A DNA stretch of 64,000 bases. Origin: Eledone cirrhosa. Its lineage: Eukaryota. Location of the stretch: NCBI GenBank assembly GCA_964016885.1, contig OZ024741.1:47554001-47618000 (forward strand), written 5' to 3'. Positions 11,851-27,217 of the stretch are shown here, piece after piece. The translations under genes and the position numbers were made by a program. The notes under the pieces are model-generated. The model made no database searches, was not told the DNA's origin, and saw only the letters and a list, made by a program, of their open reading frames with translations. Position 1 is the stretch's first letter; every line of letters starts with the position of its first letter.

Positions 11851-14516
11851 TCATCATCATCATCATCATCATCAGGTTTAGCGTCCGTGTTCCACGCTTG
11901 CATGGGTTTGGACGGGGGTTTTCCCACTTGAGGCAAGAGTGGTTGTCTTGCTCGCATAGGACTGTCTGGCGGGTTTTCTACAGTTGGATGCCCTTCCTAA
12001 CACCAACCACATTTACAGTGTGGGGCTGGGAGGTTTTTACCGTGTTGCCTACACGGCCACATTACAGCATGGACTGTCTGGCGGGTTTTCTACAGCTGGA
12101 TGCCCTTCCTAACACCAACCACATTTACAGTGTGGGGCTGGGAGGTTTTTACCGTGTTGCCTGCACGGCCACATTTACAGCGTGGACTGTGTGTTTTTTG
12201 TCGTGACACCTACACGATCTCATTTGTTTCGGCCTGGATGTTGTGGGACGAACATAACTGTACATTGAAAGGGGCGGTGTGGATGGGGTGGAGGTGGTGG
12301 GACGGGGGGGGTGTTTTGATAGAGATGCCTACTGACTGTAGTAGGTTTTTACTTTGTATTTAGGTAAGGCGGGTCTTCTCTATTACTGAGTACCGCCAAA
12401 GGTCTCGGTCCAGTGACATTGTCTTGGAGAGGTGTAAGCGTGTGAGGTCGGAATTTATCAGCTCGTCCCATGTTTTTCTGGGTCTGCCTACTCCGTGGTT
12501 ACCGTCTATCTTTATTGCCCTGCACTTTGTTATACAACTGTCGTCTTTCATGCGCATCACGTGACCGTACCAACGTAGCCTTCTCTCGAGTAAACAACAT
12601 CTGATCCCTCTTATTTCTAATTTTTTCCTTAGTTCGTTTATGCTTTGCCGTTCACGTATATTACTATTGCACATCCAGCGGAGCATGCAAGCTTCGTTCC
12701 TCTCTAGTCTGCGTATATCCTCTGCACACAATGCCCAGGTCTCACTGCCATGCAGCATTGCTGTTCGTATGCAGGCATCGTATAACCTGCCTTTCATTTT
12801 TAGGGAGAACCCTCTAGCGGCTAATAGTGGTATAAGCTCTCTGAACTTTTTCCATCCAGTTCTGACTCTAGCTACTGTACTTTCAGAGCACCCTCCCCCA
12901 CTGCTGATTTTGTCACCCAGGTAACGGAAGCTGTCCACTATTTCTATAGAACCCTCTGCGCAGTTGAAGGAGCTAGTATTTTGTGGGCACTTGCTGCTAC
13001 TTATTGCACCAGAGCACCGGCCACATGTAAAATCTATGTTCTTAGTTAGCTTACCTGTGATCCCACTACATCTTTTATGCACCCATACTTTGCATTTGGG
13101 ACATAAAATGGAGTTTCTACCTACGCCTTTCCTACACACTGAGCATGGCCATTTCCCAGATGGGACTGCCGCCTTATTTTCTTTCCTACAAACTAGAACT
13201 TTAGTCTTAGCCAGGTTAATTTTAAGGCCTTTTGATTCTAGGCCGTGCTTCCATGTTTGGAATTTCTTCTCTAGCTCGGCCATTGATTCAGCTATGAGCG
13301 TTAGATCATCTGCGTATAGGAGTTCCCATGGGCAGCCGGTCTTGAACTCCACTGTTATAGCCTGAAGGGCAATAATAAATAGTAGGGGGCTAAGAACAGA
13401 GCCCTGATGGACACCAACTTTTACGCTAAACTCTTCACTATATTCGTTGTTAATTCTAACCTTACTGACTGTTTCTTTATACATGGCTTGTATAGCTCTC
13501 ACAAGCCATTCGTCAACACCTAGTTTTCTAAGAGACCACCAGATAATGGAACGGGGGACTCTGTCGAAGGCTTTCTCCAAGTCGACGAAAGCTAAGTATA
13601 GGGGTTTACTTTTAGCTAGGTACTTCTCCTGTAGTTGTCGTACAATGAAAAGAGCGTCTGTGGTACTTTTGCCTGACACAAATCCGAACTGCATTTCATC
13701 TAGATCAATTCTCTCTCTGATTAGTTGCGCTATTACTTTTTCCGTGACCTTCATGACCTGGTCGATTAATTTAATGCCTCTATAGTTACTCCTATCTAGG
13801 GCATCTCCTTTTCCCTTATAGCAGTTAACGATGATGCTGCTACGCCAGTCCTTCGGAACAACCCCATTCTATACGACTTGGTTAACTATCCGGGTGACCA
13901 TGGTGTGTCCCACCGAACCAGATGCCTTCAGCATCTCAGCAACTATTTCCGAAGGACCAGCCGCCTTACCCGTCTTCATATCTTTGATTGCCTTGCTTAT
14001 TGTACTGCCCTGGACTAACACTGCTGGTCCCTCTATTGGGTCGATGTGGGGGAGACTGTCTTTCTCCCATTTGTTCTCCTCATTTAGAAGCCTTTCGTAG
14101 TGACACTTCCAAGCTACCTTCTTATCAGCGTCGGTGATGGCAAGTATGCCATCATCGTTAAGCACACACTTCTCCCCGACAATATCACGGTTTTCCTTGA
14201 CACATTGCCTGGCAATCCTGAACACCTCACGTTTTTGGTCCTCACGTTGTAGAACATGCTTGAACTTTCTTTCCTCTGCTTCCCTTCTTGCGAAGTACAC
14301 TTGTCTCCTAGCTTCCCTCCTGGCCACCTGATAGTCTTCTCTACCTCCCCCATCCCGCCATGCTTTCCAAGCCTGCTTTTTGGCCTTAATTGACTCCTCC
14401 ACCTTACTGTTCCACCACCATGTTACTCTCCTCCTACCTACAGGCCTGCTCCAGCCACAGACTTCGTCTGCCGCCGTCAGCAGGTTTGCTCTCAGGAATT
14501 CCCACTGTTCCTCTAT
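11851..14516 (-). mobile_element. RTE LINE subfamily B, longest copy (ORF pieces 13869-14402 and 12360-13754)
   Basis: RT motifs including YADD, a frameshift near 13870, a ~110-bp tandem duplication in the 3' UTR, and an (ATG)n tail. Confidence 0.95.
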
Positions 14517-14672
14517 ATATAATATATATATATATAATATATAATATATATATATATTATATATATAATATATATATATATAATATATATATAATATATA
14601 TATATAATATATATATATATTATATATATATAATATATATATAATATATATATTATATATATATATATATAA

Positions 14673-16955
14673 TCATCATCATCATCATCATCATCACCGT
14701 TTTACGTCCGTTCTTCCATGCTAGCATGGGTTAGACGGGTTGTCCTGTTGTGGGCAGTGTCTGGTCGGCTGACCATGCCTTGCTCATACAGGAACTGATC
14801 TGGCTTGATTTCTACAGCTGGATGCCCTTCCTAACACCAACCTCATTTACAGTGAGTGCTGGGTGCTTTTTCGTGGCGCCTACACGTCCACTTTACAGTG
14901 TGGGCTGGGTGCTTTTTTGCCGTGGCACCTCCACGACCACCTTGCGGTGGGGGGGGGGGGGGCATATTGTTTATATGCTTCAGCATGTACCCATGGGAGG
15001 TCGGGTACCCTGTATTACTGCGTGACGCCAGAAGTCACGGTCGTGTGTCATTGACTTTGAGAGGTGTAGTTGGGTAAGGTCGGCTTTTATCACCTCATCC
15101 CAAGTCATCTTGGGTCTCCCCACTCCGCGGTTTCCATCAACTTCTAGTGCTCTGCACCTTTTTATGCAGCTGTCATCCTTCATACGCATCACATGTCCAT
15201 ACCAGCGTAACCGCCTCTCCTGCACGCAGCATTTGATTCCTCTTATGCTCAGTCTCTCTCTCAATTCATTTATGCTTTGTCGTTCACGTATATTACTGTT
15301 ACACATCCATCGGAGCATGCAGGCTTCGTTTCTCTCTAATCTACGTAAGTCTTCCACCTTCAGCGCCCAGGTCTCACTACCATGCAACATCGCTGTTCGG
15401 ATACACGCATCATACAGTCTGCCTTTCATTCTGAGGGAGAAGCCTTTTGCAGCTAGCAGTGGTAGTAGTTCCCTAAACTTCTTCCATCCCGTTCTTACCC
15501 TAGTTATTGTACTTTCTGAGCACCCACCTCCGTTGCTAATTCGGTCACCTAGGTAGCAGAAGCTGTCTACTGTTTCTACAGGGCCCTCCCAGAGATTGGT
15601 GGTACTTGTTTCCTGTGGCTGTTTGCTTGCTGTTTCAGCACAGCTGCTGCATGTGAATCCTACATTCTTAATTAAGCTTCCTGAGATCCCGCTACATCTC
15701 TTGTGTACCCATTGTTTGCATTTGGGGCAAAGAATGGAGTTCCTACCTACACCTTTCCTACATACTGAGCAAGGCCATTTCCCTGAGGGGATCTGGGTTC
15801 TGTTTTCTCGTCTACTTATAAGGACCTTAGTCTTTGTCATGTTGACTTTGAGGCCCTTTCTCTCTAGTCCCTGCTTCCAGGTTTGGAATTTATTCTCTAG
15901 TTCTACCATAGATTCAGCTATGAGTGCGAGGTCATCAGCATACAGGAGTTCCCATGGGCATCCGGTCTTAAACTCCTCCGTTATTGCCTGCAGGACTATG
16001 ATGAACAGGAGAGGGCTAAGAACAGAGCCCTGGTGGACCCCAACCTGTACGCTAAATTCCTCGCTATACTCATTGCCAATCCTAACTTTGCTGACTGCTC
16101 CCCTATACATGGCTTGTACCGCTTTCACAAGCCATTCATCTACTCCTAGTTTTCTAAGAGCCCACCAGATTACTGCACGTGGAACTCTGTCAAAGGCTTT
16201 CTCAAGGTCGACAAATGCCAAGTAGAGTGGCTTACTTTTAGCTAGGTACTTTTCCTGTAATTGCCTCACAAGGAAGAGCGCATCAGTGGTGCCTTTCCCT
16301 GGAACAAACCCAAATTGCATCTCGTCTATATTCACCCGGTCCCTAATCAGCTGTGCTATAACTCTTTCTGTTACTTTCATGACCTGGTCCATCAACTTTA
16401 TACCTCTATAGTTTCCTCTATCTAGTGCATCGCCTTTACCTTTGTAGCAGTTGACAATGATGCTACTGCACCAATCTTTTGGTATGGCCCCCTCTAGTAT
16501 TACCTGGTTAACGATACGTGTGGTTATAGTGTGACCTACAGACCCAGATGCCTTCAGCATCTCGGCAGCTATACCCGATGGACCGGTTGCCTTCCCTATC
16601 TTCATATCTCTGATTGCCTTACTTACTACGCTGCCGCTGACTTGTACTGCTGGTCCCTCTATAGGGTCTACGTGGGGTAGGGTCTCTTCTTCCCATGCAT
16701 TCTCCTCATTTAGTAATCTATCATAATGACTCTTCCATGCATCTTTCTTCTCAGCACTTGTGAGGGCAAGCTCACCTTTATCATTCCGGATACACTTCTC
16801 TCCAATGACATCACAACTATCTCTGACACACTGCCTCGCAATCTTGAATACCTCCTGTTTCTGGTCCTCACGTTGTAAAACATGCTTGAATTTTCTATCC
16901 TCTGCTTCCCTCCTAGCTAAGTATACTTGTCGCCTAGCTTCCCTCTTGGTCTCTA
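14673..16955 (-). mobile_element. RTE LINE subfamily A, 5'-truncated young copy
   Basis: Uninterrupted frame from ~16955 to the stop at 14980 with YADD and PHD finger; (ATG)n tail. Confidence 0.95.
14980..16955 (-). CDS. RTE-clade reverse transcriptase ORF (partial)
   Basis: Element-derived part of the 688-aa track ORF; the first ~30 aa are read-in from flanking DNA. Confidence 0.7.
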
Positions 16956-16987
16956 TGTAATGATATATATAATGATATATATAATAT

Positions 16988-17625
16988 GGGTTAATCGGCC
17001 GGGTGCACCGAAAACGATAAACGGAAAAAATGAAACGAAATTTCATTTCCCTCTCTTAGTATGGCTGTTACTTAAATATAAGTATGTACACATACATATA
17101 TGTATACAGACGTACAGTAGTATGTATATATATATACATACATGCACACATATATATATGTACGTATGGATTCACCGAACATTTATTATAATGCTCGGTG
17201 TGTTTGTAAACAAACATCCCGTATTATACATACGTTCAAAAATCTAGCAGGAAGGTATACGTTCCTGACGATAGCTAATAAGCTTGAAACTAGTACAGCG
17301 TTCCTTTGTCAGTGTTGAACAAACGAGCAACGACGGATGTTAGACACTACGGCTTAATACGAGATGTTTGTTTACAAACACACTGAGCATTATAATAAAT
17401 GTTCGGTGAATCCATACGTGCATATATATATGTGTGCATGTATGTATATATATATACATACTACTGTACGTCTGTATACATATATGTATGTATGTGTACA
17501 TACTTATATTTAAGTAACAGCCGTACTAAGAGTGGGAAATGAAATTTCGTTTCATTTTTTCCGTATATATATATATATTATATATATACGGAAAAAATGA
17601 AACGAAATTTCATTTCCCACTCTTA
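16988..17625. repeat. Retrozyme-like repeat, inverted arrangement
   Basis: 17021-17226 and 17355-17564 are inverted arms around the hammerhead; a further small fold-back spans 17528-17625. Confidence 0.75.
17234..17320 (+). ncRNA. Type I hammerhead ribozyme (retrozyme-like unit, copy 1)
   Basis: CTGACGA(17265)-tAGCTaataAGCTt-GAAACTAGTA^CAGCGT; C.C mismatch at the base of stem I in this copy. Confidence 0.7.
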
Positions 17626-18150
17626 TATATATATATATAATATATATATATTATATATATATATATGTATATATAAATATATATATATATTATATATATA
17701 TATATGTATATATAATATGTATATATATTATATATATATATTATATATATATATAATATATATATATATGTATATATATTATATATATATATTATATATA
17801 TAATATGTATATATATTATATATATATATTATATATATATATAATATGTATATATATTATATATATATATATGTATATATATTATATATATATATATATT
17901 ATGTATATATATATTATGTATATATATTATATATATATTTTATATATATTATATATATATATTATGTATATATATTATATATATATATTATATATATATA
18001 TTATGTATATATATTATATATATATATTATATATATATATAATATGTATATATATTATATATATATATTATATATATATATATAATATGTATATATATTA
18101 TATATATATTATATATATATATAATATGTATATATAAATATATATATATA

Positions 18151-18181
<31 letters not shown>

Positions 18182-18249
18182 GTATATATAAATATATATA
18201 TATATAATATGTATATATAAATATATAATGTATAAAATCAATATAATAT

Positions 18250-19124
18250 AATTACCTCATTACCAGAGGTTTCCCGAATGAGGCGAATACGAAATAAACG
18301 ACTTCATTCGTTCGTCAGACGAGGCAATATAAAACATGGGCAAATACTTAGAAAAACACATCAAGAAAATCAAAAAAATATATAGATAAATGAAATAGAA
18401 ATTGAAATATATAAAAATCTATCAAGAAAAATAGTTAGGTGTGTGTATATGTATGTATATATGCTCACAGATGTGCATATATGTATATGTGCACATGTAA
18501 ATGTATAGTTAGAAAGTGTGCGTAATTATAAAAATTTAGGGCAAATGTATCTATATGTCTGTATTATACAGACAGAAATGGTTACATCGTAAATATAAGA
18601 ATATAAAGTCGCGCGCATAAAAACGCCTGGACTCTCGTACACTTAGATGCGGAAAGAAAGGAGGTAAAGAGAGAATAATAATTAAAAGAAAAGTATCGTT
18701 CTCGATATATTTATAAAAATATAGTAACGATAAATTAGAAAGAAAAGATAGAAAGAAAAAATTAAAGAAAACAAAAAAAGGGGGGGGGGGGTATATACAT
18801 ACACAGACACGCGTGTCTCACAAAAGAAATGTAAAAATAATTATGCTTATATACACACGCGCACTTACACTTCCATACGTTCGATACATACATACACACA
18901 CACACACACACATACTTATACTCGCGCATATAAACCTGTTTGCATGCCCACGTATGAAACTGAGTAAGTAACAAAAGAGGGAAGTGGGGGGGGAGAAGAA
19001 AAAAGGAACAAAAACATAAAACCGAAATGTCAAAAACACGGATATAAAGACACTTACACATACGCATAATATATACATACACACACACACAAACACCTGT
19101 ACACACACACATACATACACGCAC

Positions 19125-19157
<33 letters not shown>

Positions 19158-19830
19158 CATACATGCAAGCGCGCGCACATACGTAGTCACTCATGTACAT
19201 ATATAAAAAGTATACACACATTAAGGCGTTCAGCCATATTGAAATGTGGATAAATAAGTACAAATATAAAATTGTAAGATAGGCTGCGCAAAAATAAAAT
19301 AAAAATAAAAATGAAAAATATATCTGGATTGAAAAACACAAAAGACAAGTATAATCAGTTAGTGGAGGAAAAAGGGAAGTAAAAGAAGGGGAAGTAAAAA
19401 ATAGAAAATAGGGAGTGGATCGGAGAATAAAGGGGGGGGGGGGGGTGAAGTAAAAATAAATAAAGGTGAAAATAAATGAAATTATTGACAAGGATGAGAA
19501 TGAAAGTAAGTCAGAAAGTAAGTCAAAAAAGAGAATAATAAGAGTTTATGGAGGATAAGTATCTGAAAGTGTGTTAAGTTTATATGAGCTGGAAAGCAAG
19601 TGTGATTTCATGTGTGGGCAACTGGTAAAAATTTCCGTCTTTGTGTTCAGGCAGGTCTTTGGTGATTTAAGATTTTGCAATATCCAAAATTTTTCATTTA
19701 TGCAGAGCGTACATTTTCTTGTTCCTCTAGCATATTTTTTAGATTGGTTCAAAATTGACCAATCTAGTTTATATTGGATGCCTTGGTCTTTCAAATCCCA
19801 GATTCTGCTAGCCAGAGCTGTTGTAAATCT
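18250..19830 (-). mobile_element. Penelope-like element 3' part (GIY-YIG-region C-terminus, long 3' UTR, terminal hammerhead)
   Basis: 19546-19829 encodes TALASRIWDLK...WSIL...CTLCINEK..IL...LNTKTEIFTSCPH, resembling Neptune-type PLE C-termini; a co-oriented hammerhead lies at the 3' end. Confidence 0.75.
18252..18327 (-). ncRNA. Type I hammerhead ribozyme
   Basis: Minus strand TTGCCTCGT-CTGACGA-aCGAATGA...TCATTCGg-GAAA-CC-TCT-GG-TA^-ATGAGGTAA; 9-bp stem I, 7-bp stem II. Confidence 0.8.
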
Positions 19831-19914
19831 ATATAAATATATATATATATAAATATATATATATAAATATATATATATATAAATATATATATATAAATAT
19901 ATATATATATAAAT

Positions 19915-19951
<37 letters not shown>

Positions 19952-20066
19952 ATATATATATATATATAATATATATATAAATATAATATATATATAAATA
20001 TATATATATATAATATATATATATATATAATATATATATAAATATAATATATATATAAATATATAT

Positions 20067-20408
20067 GGAGGCACATGGCTTAGTGGTTAGAGCATTGGCC
20101 TTGCAATCGAAAGGTTGTGAGTTAAATTCTCAGACCGGGTGATGTGTTGTTTCCTTGAGCAAGGCACTTTATTTCACATTGCTCCAGTTTACTCAGCTGT
20201 AGAAATGAGATGATAGGGACTGGGGTCCATATCATTCCACTGTAAAGTGGTCGTGGAGGTGCCACGGCAAAAAAAGCACCCAGCACTCACTGTAAATGAG
20301 GTTGGTGTTAGGAAGGGCATCCAGCTGTAGAAATCAAGCCAGAATCAGTTCCCGTCCCTTGCAAGCAGGGAAAAGTGGACGTAAAATGAAATGATGATGA
20401 ATGATGAT
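20067..20408 (+). mobile_element. SINE family 1 copy
   Basis: Near-identical to 3282-3609. Confidence 0.88.
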
Positions 20409-20613
20409 ATATATATATAATATATATATATATATATAAATATATATAATATATATATAAATATATATAATATATATATAAATATATATATATATATAAT
20501 ATATATAAAATATATATATAAATATATATATAAATATAAATAAATATATATATATAATATATATATATATATAATATATATATATATATAATATATATAT
20601 ATATATAATATAT

Positions 20614-20656
<43 letters not shown>

Positions 20657-20810
20657 TATAAATATATATAATATATATATAAATATATATATATATATAA
20701 TATATATAAATATATATATAAATATAAATAAATATATATATATAATATATATAAAATATATATATAAATATAAATAAATATATATAATATATATATATAT
20801 AATATATAAT

Positions 20811-20842
<32 letters not shown>

Positions 20843-20901
20843 ATATATATATATATATAATATATAATATATATATATATATATATAATATATATATATA
20901 T

Positions 20902-20932
<31 letters not shown>

Positions 20933-21035
20933 ATATATATATATATATAATATATATATATATATAATATATTATATATATAATATATATATATATATAA
21001 TATATATATATATAATATATATATATATATAATAT

Positions 21036-21178
<143 letters not shown>

Positions 21179-21194
21179 TATATATATAATATAT

Positions 21195-21247
<53 letters not shown>

Positions 21248-21271
21248 TATATATATAATATATATATATAT

Positions 21272-21366
<95 letters not shown>

Positions 21367-21390
21367 TATATATATAATATATATATATAT

Positions 21391-21531
<141 letters not shown>

Positions 21532-21549
21532 CATATATTATATATATAT

Positions 21550-21603
<54 letters not shown>

Positions 21604-21639
21604 ATATATATATTATATATATATATTTATATATATATA

Positions 21640-21686
<47 letters not shown>

Positions 21687-21941
21687 TTATATATACATTT
21701 ATATATATATATTATATATATATATTTATATTTATATATATATTTATATATATATTATATATATATATTTATATTTATATATATATTTATATATATATTA
21801 TATATATATTATATTTATATATATATTTATATATATATTATATATATATTATATATATATATATATTTATATATATATTATATGTATATATATATGTATA
21901 TATATGTATATATATATATGTATATATATATATGTATATAT

Positions 21942-21976
<35 letters not shown>

Positions 21977-22047
21977 ATATATATATAATATATATATATG
22001 TATATATATATATGTATATATAATATATATATAATATATATATATAT

Positions 22048-22080
<33 letters not shown>

Positions 22081-22116
22081 ATATATATATATATAATATA
22101 TATATATATATAATAT

Positions 22117-22279
<163 letters not shown>

Positions 22280-22546
22280 TATCATATATATATATAATAT
22301 ATAATATATATATATATATATATATAATATATATATATATATATAATATATATATATAATATATATATATAATATATATATATAATATATATATATAATA
22401 TATATATATAATATATATATATAATATATATATATAATATATATATATAATATATATATATAATATATATATATAATATATATATATAATATATATATAT
22501 AATATATATATATAACATATATATATATATATTATATATATATAAT

Positions 22547-22622
<76 letters not shown>

Positions 22623-22624
22623 AC

Positions 22625-22662
<38 letters not shown>

Positions 22663-22664
22663 AC

Positions 22665-22702
<38 letters not shown>

Positions 22703-22704
22703 AC

Positions 22705-22735
<31 letters not shown>

Positions 22736-22739
22736 GTAG

Positions 22740-23282
22740 ATAAATCTACCAAGAGTTTACGGTAGTGTCCAATCCGTATGAAGAACTCAATGTATTCCGG
22801 ATATCATGGAAAGAAGAGATGTAATGAAAATCCACTTTCGGTGAAAGATAAACGGTATACAGAGTCAAGATAAAATATTAAACAAATAATGAACAAACAA
22901 TTCCTTATATTAAACAAAAAAAGTTCACTATTTAACGATCGTTTCTAGGGTATATATGTGTTATAATTGGTATGCATATTCAACAGATCTATGTACAAAA
23001 TTATACAAAATTATACAAATTATCAAGATTAAATATACATACCTAACACATATATACGCCGTCTTCAGAAATAAAAATTATTTCTGAAGACGGCGTATAT
23101 ATGTGTTAGGTATGTATATTTAATCTTGATAATTTGTATAATTTTGTATAATTTTGTACATAGATCTGTTGAATATGCATACCAATTATAACACATATAT
23201 ACCCTAGAAACGATCGTTAAATAGTGAACTTTTTTTGTTTAATATAAGGAATTGTTTGTTCATTATTTGTTTAATATTTTAT
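22740..23282 (-). mobile_element. Probable PLE pLTR with a perfect ~205-bp-arm palindrome (22870-23282)
   Basis: Arms are exact reverse complements around 23076; each carries a CTGAAGA...GAAACGATCGTT hammerhead-like motif. Confidence 0.55.
23079..23223 (+). ncRNA. Hammerhead-like motif with long stem II (mirror copy on the minus strand ~22929-23073)
   Basis: TATTT-CTGAAGA(23084)...gtatatatgtgtt/aacacatatatac...GAAAC-GATC-GTT^-AAATA; the base of stem II is imperfect. Confidence 0.5.
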
Positions 23283-23372
23283 ATATAATATATATATATA
23301 TAATATATATATATATATAACATATATATATATATATTATATATATATATAATATATATATATATATATTAT

Positions 23373-23582
<210 letters not shown>

Positions 23583-23597
23583 ATTTATATATATATA

Positions 23598-23708
<111 letters not shown>

Positions 23709-23711
23709 ATT

Positions 23712-23816
<105 letters not shown>

Positions 23817-23821
23817 AAAAA

Positions 23822-24347
<526 letters not shown>

Positions 24348-24348
24348 T

Positions 24349-24433
<85 letters not shown>

Positions 24434-24480
24434 ATATTTATATATATGTATATATTTATATATATTTATATATTTATATT

Positions 24481-24582
<102 letters not shown>

Positions 24583-24704
24583 CATTTATATATATATATT
24601 ATATATATATATTATATATATATATTTATATTTATATTTATATATATATTTATATATATATTATATATATATATTTATATTTATATATATATTTATATAT
24701 ATAT

Positions 24705-24737
<33 letters not shown>

Positions 24738-24927
24738 GTATATATAATATATATATAATATATATATATAATATATATATATAATATATATATATATATA
24801 TAATATATATATATAATATATATATATAATATATATATATAATATATATATATAATATATATATATAATATATATATATATAATATATATATATAATATA
24901 TATATATATATAATATATATATATAAT

Positions 24928-25068
<141 letters not shown>

Positions 25069-25086
25069 AATATATAATATATATAT

Positions 25087-25151
<65 letters not shown>

Positions 25152-25198
25152 TATATAATATATATATATAATATATATATATAATATATATATATAAT

Positions 25199-25288
<90 letters not shown>

Positions 25289-25783
25289 ATATATATATAT
25301 ATATAATATATATATATAATATATATATATAATATATATATATAATATATATATATAATATATATAATATATATATATAATATATATATATAATATATAT
25401 ATATAATATATATATATAATATATATATATAATATATATATATATATAATATATATATATAATATATATATATAATATATATATATATATAATATATATA
25501 TATAATATATATATATAATATATATATATAATATATATATATATATAATATATATATATATATAATATATATATATATATAATATATATATATAATATAT
25601 ATATATATATAATATATATATATAATATATATATATATAATATATATATATAATATATATATATATATAATATATATATATAATATATATATATATATAA
25701 TATATATATATATATATAACATATATATATATATATTTTATATATATATATATTATATATATATTATATATATATATTATATA

Positions 25784-25830
<47 letters not shown>

Positions 25831-25834
25831 TATA

Positions 25835-26480
25835 TACTTTTACTCTTTTACTCTTTTACCTGTTTCAGCCATCCGGCTGAGGCCATGCTGGGGCACCGCC
25901 CTTGTTGCTACACATTTTATCTCCAGCCTGTATAGGTTGGCCACTGGTGTAGGAGGGAGTTTGTTGCTGCTGCTCTTAGGTTTCCCTCGTGTCTTGCTGT
26001 GGGCTCATCCGGGATCCTGGATAACAAGGTGTCGAGATGTTTCTTAAAGACATCCACCTCCACGTCATGCAAGTCTCGCAGATGCCTCGGCAGCCTGTTG
26101 AAGAGTTGAGGGCCCTTGAATCCCAGGCTATTGCAATACCTGCTCCTTATTCTAGATGTGGAAGACGGGACCTTTGGCACCACACAGTGACGTCCTGTTC
26201 GACGGTTGGTCCAGCTCCCAATGCCAAAGTTTGGTGCTAGTCCCTCCAGGATTTTCCACATGTAGATCACTGCGTATCTCTCCCGTCTTCGCTCCAAGGA
26301 GTAGAGGTTCAGTTCCTTCAGCCTCTCCAGTAGCTTGTCTCCCTCATCTTGGCAATCCTCTTGGTGTAGCTTCGCTGGATTGCCTCAAGCTCTGTGGTTA
26401 GTTTGACACTATGGGGTGACCACAGCTGGGAGCAGTAGTCCAGGCGGCTTAGGACAAAAGTCCTCCACAGTGTCAACATT
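25835..26480 (-). mobile_element. CR1-group LINE 3' end
   Basis: ERRRERY.IY.WKILEG...GPQLFNRLP...FKKHLD..L..IPDEP C-terminus; 8-bp (GAGTAAAA)n-like tail. Confidence 0.8.
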
Positions 26481-26493
26481 TATATAATATATT

Positions 26494-26589
<96 letters not shown>

Positions 26590-26919
26590 TATATATATAT
26601 ATTTATATTTATATATACATATTTATATATTTATATTTATATATACATATTTATATATATATATTTATATTTATATATACATATTTATATATATATATTT
26701 ATATATATATATTTATATTTATATATACATATTTATATATATATATTTATATATATATATACATATTTATATATACATATTTATATATATATATTTATAT
26801 ATATATATTTATATTTATATATACATATTTATATATACATATTTATATATATATATTTATATATATATATTTATATTTATATATACATATTTATATATAC
26901 ATATTTATATATATATATT

Positions 26920-26955
<36 letters not shown>

Positions 26956-27217
26956 TATATATATATAATATATATATATATTTATATATATATAATATAT
27001 ATAATATATATATATATATAATATATATAATATATATATAATATATATATAATATATAATATATATATAATATATAATATATATATAATATATATAATAT
27101 ATATATAATATATATAATATATATATAATATATATATATAATATATATATAATATATATATATAATATATATATATAATATATATATAATATATATATTA
27201 TATATATATATATATAA

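Noticed and set aside
7318-16225. Antisense ORFs of 100-210 aa over the RT genes
   Set aside because: Shadow frames of the LINE ORFs, repeated only because the elements are repeated.
9437-16955. Autonomous, active LINE
   Set aside because: Every copy is 5'-truncated downstream of the APE endonuclease and lacks a promoter/5' UTR.
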